From positions 1-31,012 of the forward strand of contig JAVCBX010000149.1 of assembly GCA_037917635.1 (NCBI GenBank): DNA of 31,012 nt, written 5' to 3'. The translations under genes were made by a program, and so were the position numbers. The notes beneath the pieces are model-generated. The model worked only from the letters and a program-made list of their open reading frames with translations, had not been told where the DNA came from and did no database searches. Position 1 is the stretch's first letter. Each line of letters starts with the position of its first letter. This stretch comes from Thermoproteota archaeon (lineage in GTDB: Archaea > Korarchaeota > Korarchaeia > Korarchaeales > Korarchaeaceae). Shown in pieces: positions 20,211 to 28,233 of this stretch.

Positions 20211-20462
20211 TCACCTTCGAATGTTTGGAGATGAGATAGCTACGACGTTGTCCCCCCTTATAAGAACTCTTTTCCCTATCCTTATTACGTGGTTCTCCGA
20301 TTCCTCCTCCGCTGCTATTATTGCCTCAACCTCGTCCATTATAAGGTTTAGGTGCTGGTCGAATGACCTCAGGATTCCCCTAAGCCAGAAGTTCGCCTTA
20401 ACAGAAACAAGGACGTTTGTATTCATGCTCCTGCTCAAGTACTCAAGTGTTGCGTTGCTCAA
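20211..20462 (-). CDS. Sm-like (Lsm/SmAP1) RNA-binding protein
   Basis: LRGILRSFDQHLNLIM (Sm1) and VLIRGDNVV (Sm2); canonical linkage to rpl37e. Confidence 0.93.
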   Translation of the reverse strand: MSNATLEYLSRSMNTNVLVSVKANFWLRGILRSFDQHLNLIMDEVEAIIAAEEESENHVIRIGKRVLIRGDNVVAISSPNIRR

Positions 20463-20980
20463 AGCTCATCGCCCTCGCAATCCCTATTTTTTGATAGGTT
20501 ACAAGGTTTTTTAAGGTTAAGCATAGTGCCTTAGTCGTCGCCCGAGGAAGAAAGCCATATGGACCTAGAAGATAAGACAAGAGATAAGGTCTTTCTACTT
20601 AATAAGGAGCTTAGCAGCGTTTTAAGGCTAAGTTAAGACAATGAGGGACCTAAAGGAGGTCGATGTCTGTGCACATTCGATGTTTGAGGGCAGGTTAAGG
20701 GGCCTCTGTTTGGAAGTGCAAATTCCCTTTTAAAGTAATAGAAGCACTTGGACGGCTCTCTCATCCCATGGACTTTGAATTTAAGTTTTCCATGAAGTTC
20801 TCTCTTAAGTCCCTAAAGATGCTTCTTTTCCCACCTCTATCCTTGAGATGAAGTAAGACTTGGAGTCTGAAGCGAGAGTTCTCAAAAATTTCTTTTGCAA
20901 CGATCGCCCTTTAGTGTGCATAAAAATAATTCATTATAATTATTATAATTTATAGTTAAATTAATTAAAAAATTACAATA

Positions 20981-20994
20981 GTAAAGTTTATATA
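20981..20994 (+). promoter_or_regulatory. BRE/TATA promoter for the putative structured RNA
   Basis: GTAAAG-TTTATATA at the end of a 74-bp AT-rich tract; spacing predicts a start near G21015, the first base of the closing stem. Confidence 0.65.
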
Positions 20995-21014
20995 CTCTCC
21001 TAACATCCATCAAT

Positions 21015-21160
21015 GGACACCCATCTCCCGAAAACCCGAAAGGGAGCGAAACCTCTACTGAAGTTCTAGGGAGCCTTAAAACCTTAGGGTTTTAGGAACT
21101 CTCGAAAAACCCGAAAGGGTTTGAACTTCGTTGTTAGGGATTTCTAGGGAGGTGAGTGCC
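21015..21160 (+). ncRNA. Unassigned structured non-coding RNA candidate with two pseudo-symmetric three-way junctions
   Basis: Terminal stem 21015-21029/21147-21160; long central stem 21048-21066/21123-21144; two CCC-GAAA-GGG hairpins; inner stems 21069-21083/21088-21103; upstream TATA and downstream pyrimidine tract. Confidence 0.7.
21023..21151 (+). repeat. Imperfect tandem duplication of the module CTCYC-GAAAA(A)-CCCGAAAGGG-NNN-GAAM...KTTC-TA-GGGAG
   Basis: CTCCCGAAAACCCGAAAGGG (21025-21044) vs CTCTCGAAAAACCCGAAAGGG (21099-21119); TTCTAGGGAG at 21064-21073 and 21142-21151. Confidence 0.9.
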
Positions 21161-21193
21161 CCTTTTCCTTCAGAAAGAGGGACTTCCTTTCTT
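21160..21193 (+). terminator. Possible 3' end signal: small hairpin plus pyrimidine tract
   Basis: CCCTTTTC-CTTCA-GAAAGAGGG followed by ACTTCCTTTCTT. Confidence 0.35.
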
Positions 21194-21374
21194 GACTGAT
21201 AAAAAATTTGAGGAAGAGAGCAGACATTTATGTGAAAGCTTTTTTGAGAGATCTTGCAAAGGAACAGATGATTTATTTAATAACTTAACCTATAAGCGAA
21301 TTAACCATCTGACAGGATTTCTTTAAATATTCAACGTGGGGGTTGTTAGGTGACGGTCTTAGGAGGGACCTTGA

Positions 21375-21749
21375 TTGGGATTCTTTAGAAGAATCTTTGG
21401 AAAGCTGGAGGAGCCCAAAGAGGAACAGATTTTCCCTTCAGAAACTGAGACAATACCAGAAGTTGTCCCTGAGAAGCCCATTGCCATAAAGCCCATGATG
21501 CTCTCGAATGAGGCCGATGTAGAGGCGATCCTGAAGGAAGTTAGGAGCGGAAACATAGTGATAGTCAGATATAACGACTATGCATCCAGGGATGCGGAGA
21601 GGCTCGCGGAAATCATTCAGAGGCTTAAAGAGAGTGTCATGGAGGAGGGAGGAGAGACTGTTTTGATAGAAACTAAGGAGTACCCGCCTCTGTTAGTGGT
21701 GCCCCACTTCATAGAGGTCTGGAGAACTCCAAAGAGAAGGAGGGTCTAG
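21375..21749 (+). CDS. sepF: Cell division protein SepF (archaeal DUF552 type)
   Basis: MGFFRRIFG amphipathic N-terminus; DVEAILKEVRSGNIVIV, ..EGGE, LLVVP; AGGAGG upstream. Confidence 0.8.
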   Translation: MGFFRRIFGKLEEPKEEQIFPSETETIPEVVPEKPIAIKPMMLSNEADVEAILKEVRSGNIVIVRYNDYASRDAERLAEIIQRLKESVMEEGGETVLIETKEYPPLLVVPHFIEVWRTPKRRRV

Positions 21750-21788
21750 GAGTGAGACCTCTTTTTTCTCTTAAAGTCCTAGCTTTTC

Positions 21789-23705
21789 TCAAGCCAACTT
21801 GAACCTTTCCATGATGTCTGGCACTATCACTTGGGTGTGGGCCGATCTTAACGTATTCTGAACCAAGGAGGAGAAGGTGTAAAGCTTTTTCTCCTCGCTG
21901 TGAACCAGTATCACCCTTTTGGGCTTTGGTTCCAGTCTAGCAAGGTAGCTGAGCAACTGAACCTTATCTGCATGAGCTGAGAAGCCTTCTATAAGGTGTA
22001 CAGATGCTCTTACCTTCACCTCTTTTGGGCCCGAGGGAGTTTGAACTGTTACCTCCCTCGCTCCCTCAACAAGCTTCCTTCCAAGGGTTCCTCTTGCCTG
22101 ATAGCTCACTAGGAGGATGGAGTTCCTATCATTAGGAGCAAGGGCTGAGAAGTACTCTACGCTGGGCCCCCCTACTAGCATTCCTGACGGCGCTATTATG
22201 ATGCAAGGCCCTCCCGATACTATCTCCTCCCTATCCGAGGGACCCTTTATCGGAGTTATGTGAGGCTCGAGGAAGGGATTGAAGTCCTCCTCAAATATCT
22301 TGTCCCTTATTCCCTTTGCGAGGTAGACGGGATAAGCTGTGTGAATTGCGTTTGAGTCCGAAATCATTCCATCTATGAATATAGGGACGTCCGGTATCCT
22401 CTTCTTATCAAGAGCATTAATCAGAGTTAGCATAACCTCTGTCGACCTTCCAACCGAGAGGGCTGGAATTAGCACCTTTCCTCCTTGGTTTAATGTCTTC
22501 TCAACCAAGGAGATGAGCCTTTCCTCCGCTTCCTCGAATGGAGGAAATACGTCCTGCTCCCCCCCATAGGTCGTCTCCATTATTATGGTATCAACCCTTG
22601 GAACCGAGTCTTCTGCAGCATCTAGAAGCCTACTGTTCCTGTACCTGAAGTCCCCAGTGTAGAGTATGGTGTGCTTGCCCTCATCTATGTTTAGGTAGGC
22701 CATTGCAGAACCAAGAATGTGCCCAGCGTTGTAGAGCGTAAGTTTTATGTCTGGCGATATGTCGACGGTTTCTCCGTAATCCAAGGTGAAGACCTGAGTT
22801 ATAAAACTGGTAACGTCTGCCTTACTGAAGAAAGGAATTATTCCGTTTCTCATTGCCACATTTATGTAGTCGTGAAGCAGCAAAGCCGTAAGATCTCTGG
22901 TCGGAGAAGTTGCGTATATTAAGCCCTCGTATCCGTGCTTAAGCAGGAGAGGTATTGCTCCTGAATGATCCAGATGAGCATGCGTTATAACGACTGCATC
23001 AATCTCGGAAAGTCTGAAGTCAGGGGAGTCAAATCTCGGAAAGAACTCCCCTCCTCCAACAGCAATTCCAGCATCGAGCAAGATGGAGCTCTTCCCCGTC
23101 CTAATCAGTACGCAACTCCTTCCGACTTCCTTCGCCCCTCCAAGGAATGTTGCAGTTATCTCCTCACTTATCTGAAGGGCCGACCTATAGATCCTAGATG
23201 CTGCTTTCCTGAACTTCTTACTCCTCGTGTAGGCCTGATCTATTAAGATGCTTTGAAGGGTTTCGAAAAAGGTTGATCTCATGGAGGGAGCCCTTATTAT
23301 CACGGGCCTCCAGCCAGTTAGCTCCAATATCCTGTTTATGTTTGCCCCCTTCTTTCCAACAATGTATCCGGTCCTCTTTGCTATTATGTAGACCTCGCTC
23401 GTCTCCTTCTTAAATATCATGTCAGAGATCTCTGCGTTTGAAGGTATTATCTCAAGTATCTTCTTCCTAGCTTCCTCCTCACTTAGAAGGGGTTTCTTTG
23501 CGTTTATTATTATCTTCTTCCTTATGGTCTTAGCTAGCTCCGCAATAACGTCGTTCCTCCTTATGAAGATCCCTGGATCCTTAGCGTAAACCACCACATA
23601 GGGACCTTCAAGCACCACTTTTGAGATCTCTCCAAGCCCAGATAGGACCTGCTTTACCCTTCTCTGGATGCTTTGAGAGTTCTCCTTAATCACTTCTTTC
23701 ATCAT
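21789..23705 (-). CDS. KH-domain beta-CASP ribonuclease aCPSF1 (transcription termination factor)
   Basis: EGPYVVVY, VGKKG KH loop, LGGAKEVGRS, HAHLDH, YNAGHILGSA, ETTYGG, GFSAHAD. Confidence 0.95.
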   Translation of the reverse strand: MMKEVIKENSQSIQRRVKQVLSGLGEISKVVLEGPYVVVYAKDPGIFIRRNDVIAELAKTIRKKIIINAKKPLLSEEEARKKILEIIPSNAEISDMIFKKETSEVYIIAKRTGYIVGKKGANINRILELTGWRPVIIRAPSMRSTFFETLQSILIDQAYTRSKKFRKAASRIYRSALQISEEITATFLGGAKEVGRSCVLIRTGKSSILLDAGIAVGGGEFFPRFDSPDFRLSEIDAVVITHAHLDHSGAIPLLLKHGYEGLIYATSPTRDLTALLLHDYINVAMRNGIIPFFSKADVTSFITQVFTLDYGETVDISPDIKLTLYNAGHILGSAMAYLNIDEGKHTILYTGDFRYRNSRLLDAAEDSVPRVDTIIMETTYGGEQDVFPPFEEAEERLISLVEKTLNQGGKVLIPALSVGRSTEVMLTLINALDKKRIPDVPIFIDGMISDSNAIHTAYPVYLAKGIRDKIFEEDFNPFLEPHITPIKGPSDREEIVSGGPCIIIAPSGMLVGGPSVEYFSALAPNDRNSILLVSYQARGTLGRKLVEGAREVTVQTPSGPKEVKVRASVHLIEGFSAHADKVQLLSYLARLEPKPKRVILVHSEEKKLYTFSSLVQNTLRSAHTQVIVPDIMERFKLA

Positions 23706-24388
23706 CTTGAGACTTTCACCTTCTCGATAATGGACTGAATCTCGTCGGGTTTAAGGAAGTGAATGCCCTTATCATCTACTACGGTGAGATCTATACCATC
23801 TCCGGTCGCCGAATCCCTCTCAAGGGCCGAAATCATTGCGCTTATCGCTAGCCTCTTTCCCTCCTCAATGCTCATTTTGGGATCGTAGTTCTCCTCTATT
23901 ACTGAAATCGCTATAGGGGATCCTGAGCCTGTGGCTATGTACTCCTCCTCCGTCATGCTCCCGAGAGGATCAACGTTAAAGAGGTGAGCTCCGGTCTCAT
24001 CGATGCCCCCAACCATGATGTGCGCTATGAGCACGTAGGGCCTGTAGGACCAAAGTATAAGCGCTAGTCTCCTCGCAAGAGCCCTAACAGACATTCCCTT
24101 ACCAAATTCGAGTTCATATAGCTTTGCAACGGCCTTAAGGTTGTTTGTAAGGAATTGCCCGTCCGCCACCGAGCCAGATATTGTTGCAACAACCTTATCT
24201 GATATCTTTATCGTCTTCCTAACCCTCTTGCTAGCTATGTAGGTTGCGATGGATGCCCTCTTGTCGGATGCAATTACTATTCCGTCCGAGCATTTTATTC
24301 CAATTGTAGTGGTCCCCTTTAGGATTGATGGTTCCCTCTGAACCATCTTCCATCCAAACTGAAGCGAGTTTTTCTTGAAGATTGACAT
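23702..24388 (-). CDS. psmB: Proteasome subunit beta (likely start ATG 24346; propeptide ending LKG before catalytic Thr)
   Basis: KG-TTTIGI, IASDKRAS, GSVADGQ, ATGSGSP, RDSATGDG. Confidence 0.96.
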   Translation of the reverse strand: MSIFKKNSLQFGWKMVQREPSILKGTTTIGIKCSDGIVIASDKRASIATYIASKRVRKTIKISDKVVATISGSVADGQFLTNNLKAVAKLYELEFGKGMSVRALARRLALILWSYRPYVLIAHIMVGGIDETGAHLFNVDPLGSMTEEEYIATGSGSPIAISVIEENYDPKMSIEEGKRLAISAMISALERDSATGDGIDLTVVDDKGIHFLKPDEIQSIIEKVKVSR

Positions 24389-24465
24389 TCAACCACCCTC
24401 TAGGGTTGAAAAAGCCACAAGGGCAAGAAGCCCATTTCTAAATTAATAGATGTTACTTAAAAAGA

Positions 24466-24936
24466 ATGAGGTCCTCAGAAGGAGGAAAGCTGATGGGAGA
24501 GATATCGGTTCTGATCCCTGAGAGCATGGCCAAAAAAGGTTTTAGGTTCTTCCTTTTTGGAAAGGCAGATGCTTGTGAGAAATGTGAGCTCAAAAAGGCT
24601 TGTGTTGAGAATATAGAGCCGGAGAGAATTTACGAGGTTCTGAGAGTTATGAAGAAGTCATTTAACTGTCCAGTTCACGGAGAAATGAGGGTTTGTAGGG
24701 TCAAGAAGCTTGAAAAGACCCTTTTAGCCATTAGGAAGGACGAAGCCGTGGAGGGACTCTCGATCAGGTATCAAGGGCCTAGATGTCAAGAGCTGACGTG
24801 TCCTAACTTCGAAGTTTGCAACCCATTTGGGATAAGGAGGGGAGAAAGCCTGAAGATAGAGAGGGTAGAAGAGCTAGAAGAGCCTTGCAGGATAGGAATG
24901 GAGCTCGTCAAGTGCTTGGTAAGGGTTGAGCTTTAA
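24466..24936 (+). CDS. UPF0179 family protein
   Basis: CEKCELKKACV.NIEP.RIYEV, CPVH, second Cys cluster. Confidence 0.8.
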   Translation: MRSSEGGKLMGEISVLIPESMAKKGFRFFLFGKADACEKCELKKACVENIEPERIYEVLRVMKKSFNCPVHGEMRVCRVKKLEKTLLAIRKDEAVEGLSIRYQGPRCQELTCPNFEVCNPFGIRRGESLKIERVEELEEPCRIGMELVKCLVRVEL

Positions 24937-24940
24937 CCCA

Positions 24941-25699
24941 TTAGCTGATCTCCTCTTTCTGCTTTGGCATCTCGAACGTTTCGATGAATCTCACCTTTTC
25001 TACTTCAGGCATGTACTTCATCAGGGCCGATAGGAACCTAACCTTCCTAATGAAGCAATCTCTTTTCGAATAGGCAAGCTTTGGAAGCTCTATGGTGAGG
25101 ATTGATTCCTTAAAGGATGTCTCGAACTTCGAGGGCTCAACATCGAATATATCAGAGGCAAGAGCCTTTATCTTTTCTTCTCTCTTCTTTAAAACCTTCT
25201 CAACCCTTATCATCACCCTGAGACTCTTCCCAGCCAGGGGATGATTGAAGTCAACCTTAACCCTCCCTCCTGAGACCGTCTTTATCACTCCTCTCTTTCC
25301 CTCTAGGTCGATCAAGGCCCCTGGCCTTATATCATTTGAACCGAGGAGCCTTCTTATCCTGTTAAGGGAGAAGGTAACCACCTTTGATTCATCGTAGGAT
25401 CCGTAAGCCTCTTCTGGACTTAGGACTATGATCCTCTCTTCTCCCTCCTTCATGGTAGATATCTCTTTCTCTAGCGCTGGAAGGAGCCTTCCTTCACCAA
25501 GGACCACCAATATGGGAAAGTATTGATCCCTTCCGGAGAAGTTCCTCTCCTTCGCCACCTTCTCCATAGTCGTGTCTATTAGCTCGTTGGTCTCAGCATC
25601 CTCTACACAATAATCAATGAGGAGGAATGAGCCATTCAGCATCCTCTTCTCCTTTTTAACCTCTTTGTCCTTTGTCTTTACTTTCCCTTCCGTGCCCAT
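24941..25699 (-). CDS. FKBP-type peptidyl-prolyl isomerase (long archaeal SlyD-like form)
   Basis: LIDY, DTT, PEEAYG, GRVKVDFNHPLAGK. Confidence 0.92.
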   Translation of the reverse strand: MGTEGKVKTKDKEVKKEKRMLNGSFLLIDYCVEDAETNELIDTTMEKVAKERNFSGRDQYFPILVVLGEGRLLPALEKEISTMKEGEERIIVLSPEEAYGSYDESKVVTFSLNRIRRLLGSNDIRPGALIDLEGKRGVIKTVSGGRVKVDFNHPLAGKSLRVMIRVEKVLKKREEKIKALASDIFDVEPSKFETSFKESILTIELPKLAYSKRDCFIRKVRFLSALMKYMPEVEKVRFIETFEMPKQKEEIS

Positions 25700-25703
25700 T
25701 CAA

Positions 25704-27155
25704 TTACCCCTTTACAACGCCTATCGGAACCATTCTGACCGCTAGTCTTGCGATTCCAGCCTTGTGCGTTGAAATTGCAACCTCATCGACGTCCTTGTAG
25801 GCCTCTGGAGCCTCTTCTGCGGCTACCTTGAGGGATGCCGGTTTCACCAAGATTCCCCTTTGGGCAAGTCTTGAAACAATTTCGCTTCCCCTGAACCTTC
25901 TTACTGCTACATGCCTGCTGAGAATCCTTCCTGCTCCATGAGCGGCAGAGCCAAACGTTTCCTCCATCGCCCTCCTGGTCCCGAACATGAGGAAGGAAGC
26001 AGTGCCCTGAGAGCCAGGTATTAAGACCGGCTGGCCCGTCTTGGCATAATCCTTTGGAATGAAGGGACTTCCAGGCGGAAAAGCCCTTGTAGCTCCTTTC
26101 CTGTGAACGAAGACTTCCACCTCCTTCCCATCAACCTCATGTCTCTCCCTCTTTGCGATGTTGTGGGCAACGTCGTAGATGAGCTCCATCCCAAGCTTCT
26201 CTGGCGATGCTCCAAAGACTTCCGAGAAAGCCTCCCTGACCCAGTGGGTTATCATCTGTCTATTGGTCCAGGCGTAGTTTGCAGCCCCCTTCATGGCTGA
26301 GAAGTATTGCATGGCAAGCTTTGATGTGGTGTAGGCGCATATTAGCTGCTTGTCAGGAAGATGGAAGTCCAGCCTATTTATGTTCCTGAGCATGAGCTTC
26401 AGGTAATCATCTGCAACTTGGTGACCAAATCCCCTGCTCCCTGTGTGAATCATCACAGTTACTTGACCCTCGTGAGTTATTCCGGCTGCCTTTGCGAGGG
26501 CCTCGTTGTATATCTTGTCGACGACTTGAACCTCAAGGAAGTGATTTCCGCTTCCAAGCGTTCCTAGCTGTGGTCTACCCCTCTCCTTGGCTCTAGAGCT
26601 TATCAGGTCCGGATCAGCCCCCTCCATGCAACCCCCTTCTTCCGTGTGCTCAAGATCCTTCTCCCACCCATATCCTCTCTCAACCGCCCATCTCGCTCCC
26701 ATCGAAATTACATCATTTAGTTCAGCCGTGCTAAGTCTAAGCTCCCTGCTCCTGCTTCCGAGGCCCGACGGGACCTTCTGGAACATGGTGTTAACAAGCT
26801 GCTTTAGCTTAGGCCTCACGTCCTTAACATCTAGATTAGTCCTTAGAAGCCTTACGCCGCAGTTTATGTCGAATCCAACCCCTCCAGGGCTTATTATACC
26901 ATTGTTCGCGTCAAATGCAGCAACTCCTCCTATAGGAAAGCCGTAACCCCAGTGTATATCAGGCATGGCTATGGAGTACTTGTAAATTCCAGGGAGCATG
27001 GCTACGTTGGCAAGCTGCTCTATTGCTCCCTTCTCTACCTGGCTTATTATCCTCTGCGTCCCTATGACAAGCCCTGGAACCCTCATCCCCCTTTTATATT
27101 CCTTTGGAAGCATCCATCTTACTTCATCGAGTTTTTTGAGCAGCGACATCACCAT
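25704..27155 (-). CDS. rtcB: RNA-splicing ligase RtcB (tRNA ligase), no intein
   Basis: MPDIHWGYGFPIGG, GFDINCG, GSGNHF, HTGSRG, YDVAHN, HRKGATRA, HGAGR. Confidence 0.97.
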   Translation of the reverse strand: MVMSLLKKLDEVRWMLPKEYKRGMRVPGLVIGTQRIISQVEKGAIEQLANVAMLPGIYKYSIAMPDIHWGYGFPIGGVAAFDANNGIISPGGVGFDINCGVRLLRTNLDVKDVRPKLKQLVNTMFQKVPSGLGSRSRELRLSTAELNDVISMGARWAVERGYGWEKDLEHTEEGGCMEGADPDLISSRAKERGRPQLGTLGSGNHFLEVQVVDKIYNEALAKAAGITHEGQVTVMIHTGSRGFGHQVADDYLKLMLRNINRLDFHLPDKQLICAYTTSKLAMQYFSAMKGAANYAWTNRQMITHWVREAFSEVFGASPEKLGMELIYDVAHNIAKRERHEVDGKEVEVFVHRKGATRAFPPGSPFIPKDYAKTGQPVLIPGSQGTASFLMFGTRRAMEETFGSAAHGAGRILSRHVAVRRFRGSEIVSRLAQRGILVKPASLKVAAEEAPEAYKDVDEVAISTHKAGIARLAVRMVPIGVVKG

Positions 27156-27198
27156 TTAATCGTCACCGTTGTACTCATGATTGAGGAGTAATTAAAGG

Positions 27199-28053
27199 TT
27201 GCCAGGGTTTATGATGTCAGACCTAAGATCAAGGGCACTCGAATTCGTAGCTAAGAGAAGCACGAGAGAGCTAAAGGAGAGAGATCAGCACTTTATGATA
27301 AGCAAGAAGGAGATAGAGATCATAGTTGATCTAGCCGAAATATCTGAGAAGGACGTAGTGCTTGAGATAGGGGCAGGCCTTGGTTTTTTGACGGAAGAGA
27401 TCGTTTCCAGGAAACCAAAGGAGGTCTACGCTGTTGAGAAGGATCCAGAGCTTGCTTCAATTCTCAGGAGAAGGTTTGAGGGTGAAAAAAGCGTGAAAGT
27501 TATTTGTAGGGACATATTGGAGCTTCTTCCTTTTAAGGACAAGTACACTAAGGTGGTTGCAAATCCTCCCTTTTCCATATCATCAAGGATATTGCTGGGC
27601 CTTCTGGAAAGCGATTTCAAGCTTGCTTCCATGACTTTTCAACATGAATTTGCCCAAAGGCTGGTCTCAAAGGAAGGATCAAGTCAGTACGGAAGCCTTT
27701 CAGTCCTAACTTCACTCAGGTTCGAGGTAGAACTTGTAAAGAAGGTTAGTAGGAACTGTTTCGTTCCAAAGCCAGATGTTGATGTTGCCCTAGTTAGGTT
27801 GAGGTCTAGGGACCTTCCCATGGAAGAGGGAGATTGGAGGCTTCTCATGGAAATGCTTCCCCATCTCTTCGAAAGGAGGAAGAGGAAGCTGTGCAATGCG
27901 CTTGAGGATTTTCTGGTGTGGAAAGGGGTGAATAGGTCTCTTGCAAGAGGCTTCGCCAAGGAGCTTGGAGATGAGAGAGTTTACAAGATTACACCAATGG
28001 AGTTCGCGAAGCTAGCTGCAAAGGTCAGGGCCTTCCTTTCAAGGCCCTCATAG
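27199..28053 (+). CDS. rsmA: 16S rRNA m6,2A dimethyltransferase KsgA/Dim1
   Basis: DQHFMI, VLEIGAGLGFLT, VEKD, VVANPPF, QHEFAQRL, FVPKPDVD. Confidence 0.93.
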   Translation: MPGFMMSDLRSRALEFVAKRSTRELKERDQHFMISKKEIEIIVDLAEISEKDVVLEIGAGLGFLTEEIVSRKPKEVYAVEKDPELASILRRRFEGEKSVKVICRDILELLPFKDKYTKVVANPPFSISSRILLGLLESDFKLASMTFQHEFAQRLVSKEGSSQYGSLSVLTSLRFEVELVKKVSRNCFVPKPDVDVALVRLRSRDLPMEEGDWRLLMEMLPHLFERRKRKLCNALEDFLVWKGVNRSLARGFAKELGDERVYKITPMEFAKLAAKVRAFLSRPS

Positions 28054-28225
28054 CGTCCTTTATCAACTTATAGTGCCTTCTGCAAAGGAGCAACTCCTTT
28101 GCATCTGGAGGATCTAGCTTGAGGTTTAGGCCGTCTAGAACCCTCTTGTAGCTCCTATTGAGCCTCTTTTCAGCGAACTTATTGCACCCAATTATCATGC
28201 ACTTCTTCTTTTCTTCCATACTCAT
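28025..28225 (-). CDS. Small hypothetical protein with C-x4-C ... C-x2-H metal-binding pattern
   Basis: CMIIGC and LCRRHY; directly follows tRNA-Arg on the same strand. Confidence 0.65.
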   Translation of the reverse strand: MSMEEKKKCMIIGCNKFAEKRLNRSYKRVLDGLNLKLDPPDAKELLLCRRHYKLIKDAMRALKGRP

Positions 28226-28233
28226 TACCTCTA

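Noticed and set aside
20700-20994. Replication origin call (ORB boxes plus unwinding element)
   Set aside because: Only a loose TTCCAAACAGAGG-like word; no repeated ORB and no adjacent initiator gene
21023-21126. Mini-CRISPR reading: two ~30-nt palindromic repeats ending in GAAAC/GAAC, a 44-nt spacer and an AT-rich leader
   Set aside because: Only two divergent copies and no cas genes in the window. The would-be spacer contains a second repeated motif and base-pairs extensively with sequence beyond the second repeat, which fits a folded RNA better. Not fully excluded; compare with the genome's real CRISPR repeats.
21066-21151. Several TAGGG/TTAGGG words resembling telomeric or G-quadruplex repeats
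   Set aside because: Irregular, widely spaced and already explained as the G-rich strands of the predicted stems
21015-21160. Assignment to SRP RNA, RNase P RNA, 5S rRNA, c-di-GMP-I, c-di-AMP, glycine riboswitch or hammerhead
   Set aside because: Only superficial resemblance (CCCGAAAGGGAGC). The diagnostic cores (CAGG/AGCA loop, GAGGAAAGUCC P4, CUGANGA, GGCAAA...GACGCAAA, CUCUCAGG) are missing.
25704-27155. Intein in RtcB (known in some archaea)
   Set aside because: 483-aa protein with continuous motifs (FDINCG to GSGNHF); no insertion
3068-27155. A dedicated tRNA-maturation cluster (RNase P subunits, CCA, RtcB, intron-containing tRNAs)
   Set aside because: Genes are scattered over 24 kb in separate transcription units; expected in a compact archaeal genome
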